A DNA stretch of 64,000 nucleotides from Deferribacterales bacterium. GTDB lineage: Bacteria; Chrysiogenota; Deferribacteres; Deferribacterales; Geovibrionaceae. Made by a program: the position numbers and the translations under genes. Location of the stretch: positions 64,001 to 128,000 of the forward strand of contig JBFWJS010000002.1 of the NCBI GenBank assembly GCA_050253075.1. Direction: 5' to 3'. The notes beneath the pieces are model-generated. The model ran no database searches. It was not told the DNA's origin and was given only the letters and a program-made list of their open reading frames with translations. Positions within the stretch are counted from its first letter, which is position 1. Each line of letters begins with the position of its first letter. Positions 62,104 to 64,000 of the stretch are shown one piece after another.

Positions 62104-62418
62104 TCAGTTCTCCTCGTAAATGCATAACTGCCCGCCGAAGCCGTCGTTCTCTCTCATACTGCATTCAGGCAGATACATCTTTCCGTCTACGGTCAGGAAA
62201 TACCTCGTCCCTTCTTTGAAAGGGAAGCTCCCGAGCCATTTATCTTTGTCATTATTCAGTTTTATCTTTTTATATCCGTTGGCAGAGGTATAGAGGTAAA
62301 CCTCGCCGACATCCTTTATCATAAACTTTGCATCCACCGCATCCGCCTTTCTCACCATGCTGTAGTTCGCACAGCCCTGCAGGAGAATTATCAGCGCAGT
62401 AATGAGCAGATATCTCAA
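62104..62418 (-). CDS. Small lipoprotein with CBM48/AMPK-CBM-like domain
   Basis: Lipobox LQGC; W..RYFLTVDG..DGFGG resembles the neighbouring CBM. Confidence 0.7.
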   Translation of the reverse strand: MRYLLITALIILLQGCANYSMVRKADAVDAKFMIKDVGEVYLYTSANGYKKIKLNNDKDKWLGSFPFKEGTRYFLTVDGKMYLPECSMRENDGFGGQLCIYEEN

Positions 62419-62972
62419 ATCTTTTCCCCGACGGTGATCACAGAGTTTTCACCGCCGAAACCGTCATTCTGCCTGGCACGGACAGTCGGGTCGGGTAGCT
62501 GTATCTTACCGTCTACAATGTATGTATATGAGTATTCGCCGTTTTCCAGAGGCAGAGTCACCTGCCAGTAGCCCCCGCCGGCACTCGTCATGTTTATCGG
62601 CTTCCATCCGTTGAAAGAACCTGTCAGCTCTACATTTGCAGCGTCAGGGTTATATATGACGAACCTGTGCTGGAGCTTCGCCGTATCCACCGAAGGCGCA
62701 AACATAAAGACCTTCAGCATCAGTACAAGAGAAGCAGCCAGAGCCGTGAAAGAGACATAAGCCGTTATATTTACAGGCTTTTTCTCTTTAAAAACAGGGA
62801 GCTCAGGCACGTGAATATCCTCTGTGCCGAACATCTGCTCTGTCTCCAGCATGCCGAGGGCGTCGCTGAAATATGCCTCACTGCCGTGCACCTCTTTGAT
62901 GAACTCTATCTTCTCGCTGAGGTTCAACTCGTTGTCTATATACTGGCTGATGAGTATCTCTTTTTCACTCAT
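62415..62972 (-). CDS. Putative anti-sigma factor with TM and glycogen-binding (CBM48-like) domain
   Basis: LISQYIDNEL N-term, TM, VELTGSFNGW, GEYSYTYIVDG, PDP, DGFGG. Confidence 0.8.
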   Translation of the reverse strand: MSEKEILISQYIDNELNLSEKIEFIKEVHGSEAYFSDALGMLETEQMFGTEDIHVPELPVFKEKKPVNITAYVSFTALAASLVLMLKVFMFAPSVDTAKLQHRFVIYNPDAANVELTGSFNGWKPINMTSAGGGYWQVTLPLENGEYSYTYIVDGKIQLPDPTVRARQNDGFGGENSVITVGEKI

Positions 62973-63447
62973 TTTCCGCCTCCATCATCTCTTTCAGTCT
63001 TTTTCTCGCTCGGAATATCTTTACCTTCACATTCGCTTTGGACATCTTCTTTATCTCGGCTATCTCGTCGTAGGACATGCCGTCTGAGCCGGCCATAGAG
63101 AGCAGTTCCCGCTCTTCCCCGCTGAGTTTATCCATCAGGTCAAAGACCCTCTGCTTCGAAGCCCTGCCTATGATGACATTTTCAGGGTTGTTATCATCCT
63201 CTATGTCCATGTCGCCCAGCTCGGTATTTCTCGACTGCTTTTTAAGCCCATCGAGGAAGATGCTTTTAGCCACCGTGAAAAGCAGCGCAGAGCTATGCCT
63301 ATCTGGATATGTTTTTGCATATTTTATGAAAGTGTCCTGAAAGATGTCTTCTGCCTCGTCGGGGCTCCCAGTCATTTTTACGAGATAGCCAAAGAGCTTC
63401 TTTCTGTTGCTTTCAAAAAAGGCCGTTAATTCTGCGTTGTTTCTCAT
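62965..63447 (-). CDS. ECF RNA polymerase sigma factor
   Basis: AEDIFQDTF (region 2), GMSYDEIA..VKVKIFRAR (region 4). Confidence 0.93.
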   Translation of the reverse strand: MRNNAELTAFFESNRKKLFGYLVKMTGSPDEAEDIFQDTFIKYAKTYPDRHSSALLFTVAKSIFLDGLKKQSRNTELGDMDIEDDNNPENVIIGRASKQRVFDLMDKLSGEERELLSMAGSDGMSYDEIAEIKKMSKANVKVKIFRARKRLKEMMEAENE

Positions 63448-63493
63448 GATAGATTATAGGCGGGAATTGCTCCCCGCCCAACATTTTTTTATA

Positions 63494-64000
63494 TTATTCT
63501 GCTGCAGCTTCGTCAGGTGTTGCATCAGGTGTTGCATCAGGTGTTGCTTCGGGTGCTGTCTCTGCATCTTCTGCGACATCAGCCTCAAGTCCTGTCTTGT
63601 ACTGGTGCTTATACTGATTTCTATACTGGTGCTTTGCCTGTGTCATTGAGCCTTCTGCATCAGCATTGACACCTGTCCCTGCCATTGTGTCTTCTGACGG
63701 GCCTGTGCCGTCCATGAGACCTGCTCCTTTACGTCCGATACCCTCAGCAGGACCAGTGCCGTCACATTCAGCATCTGCTGTGCCTGCAACTGTTTCGTCT
63801 GTTGTCTCTGTTGTAGACTCGTCTGTAACTTCCGCTCTGGATGAAACCGCAGTCATGCTTGATGTACCAAAGTTTGTGGAATTTCCGCTGAATCCGCCGC
63901 CAAAGCCTGATCCGTCGTATGAGCCGTCGGCTGCGCTTCCGCCGAAGCCTCCGCCGCCCATGCCGCCTGATGCCGAGCTGCCTGATGATGATCCGCCGGA
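63494..64000 (-). CDS. Low-complexity Gly/Ser/acidic protein, 5'-truncated
   Basis: Frame open to window end (SGGSSSGSSASGGM...); DGTGP twice; 12-bp repeats encoding TPDA. Confidence 0.7.
   Translation of the reverse strand, partial: SGGSSSGSSASGGMGGGGFGGSAADGSYDGSGFGGGFSGNSTNFGTSSMTAVSSRAEVTDESTTETTDETVAGTADAECDGTGPAEGIGRKGAGLMDGTGPSEDTMAGTGVNADAEGSMTQAKHQYRNQYKHQYKTGLEADVAEDAETAPEATPDATPDATPDEAAAE

Overview
Core chromosomal region of an anaerobic Gram-negative bacterium. Gene content and order suggest Deferribacterota (Denitrovibrio-like); this is inference only. It holds: the 3' end of class II RNR nrdJ; LPS glycosyltransferases; a long minus-strand run pyrF-pyrE-pilZ-STAS-rlmN-xseB-ispA-dxs-tlyA-nadK-recN-dedA-M23; rpiB-glyA-dCMP deaminase-rnfCDGEAB; zapB-zapA-6S RNA-rarA-ygfA-rny-ymdB-nadA; a class III RNR operon under a cobalamin riboswitch; a diguanylate cyclase; acyl-CoA carboxylase/methylmalonyl-CoA mutase/meaB; metF-radical SAM-mqnB; an OafA-like acyltransferase between two tandem-repeat arrays; Fe-ADH, ilvE, ion transporters, aldehyde dehydrogenase-DUF779; and an ECF sigma module with CBM48-like domains. 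The most notable finding is a split class III RNR. The large NrdD stops after its Zn site, and the glycyl-radical motif (YSRVVGY) lies on a separate 56-aa gene (33966-34136, missing from the ORF track) with its own Shine-Dalgarno and a putative coiled-coil docking helix. No CRISPR array, tRNA, rRNA or transposase was recognised.
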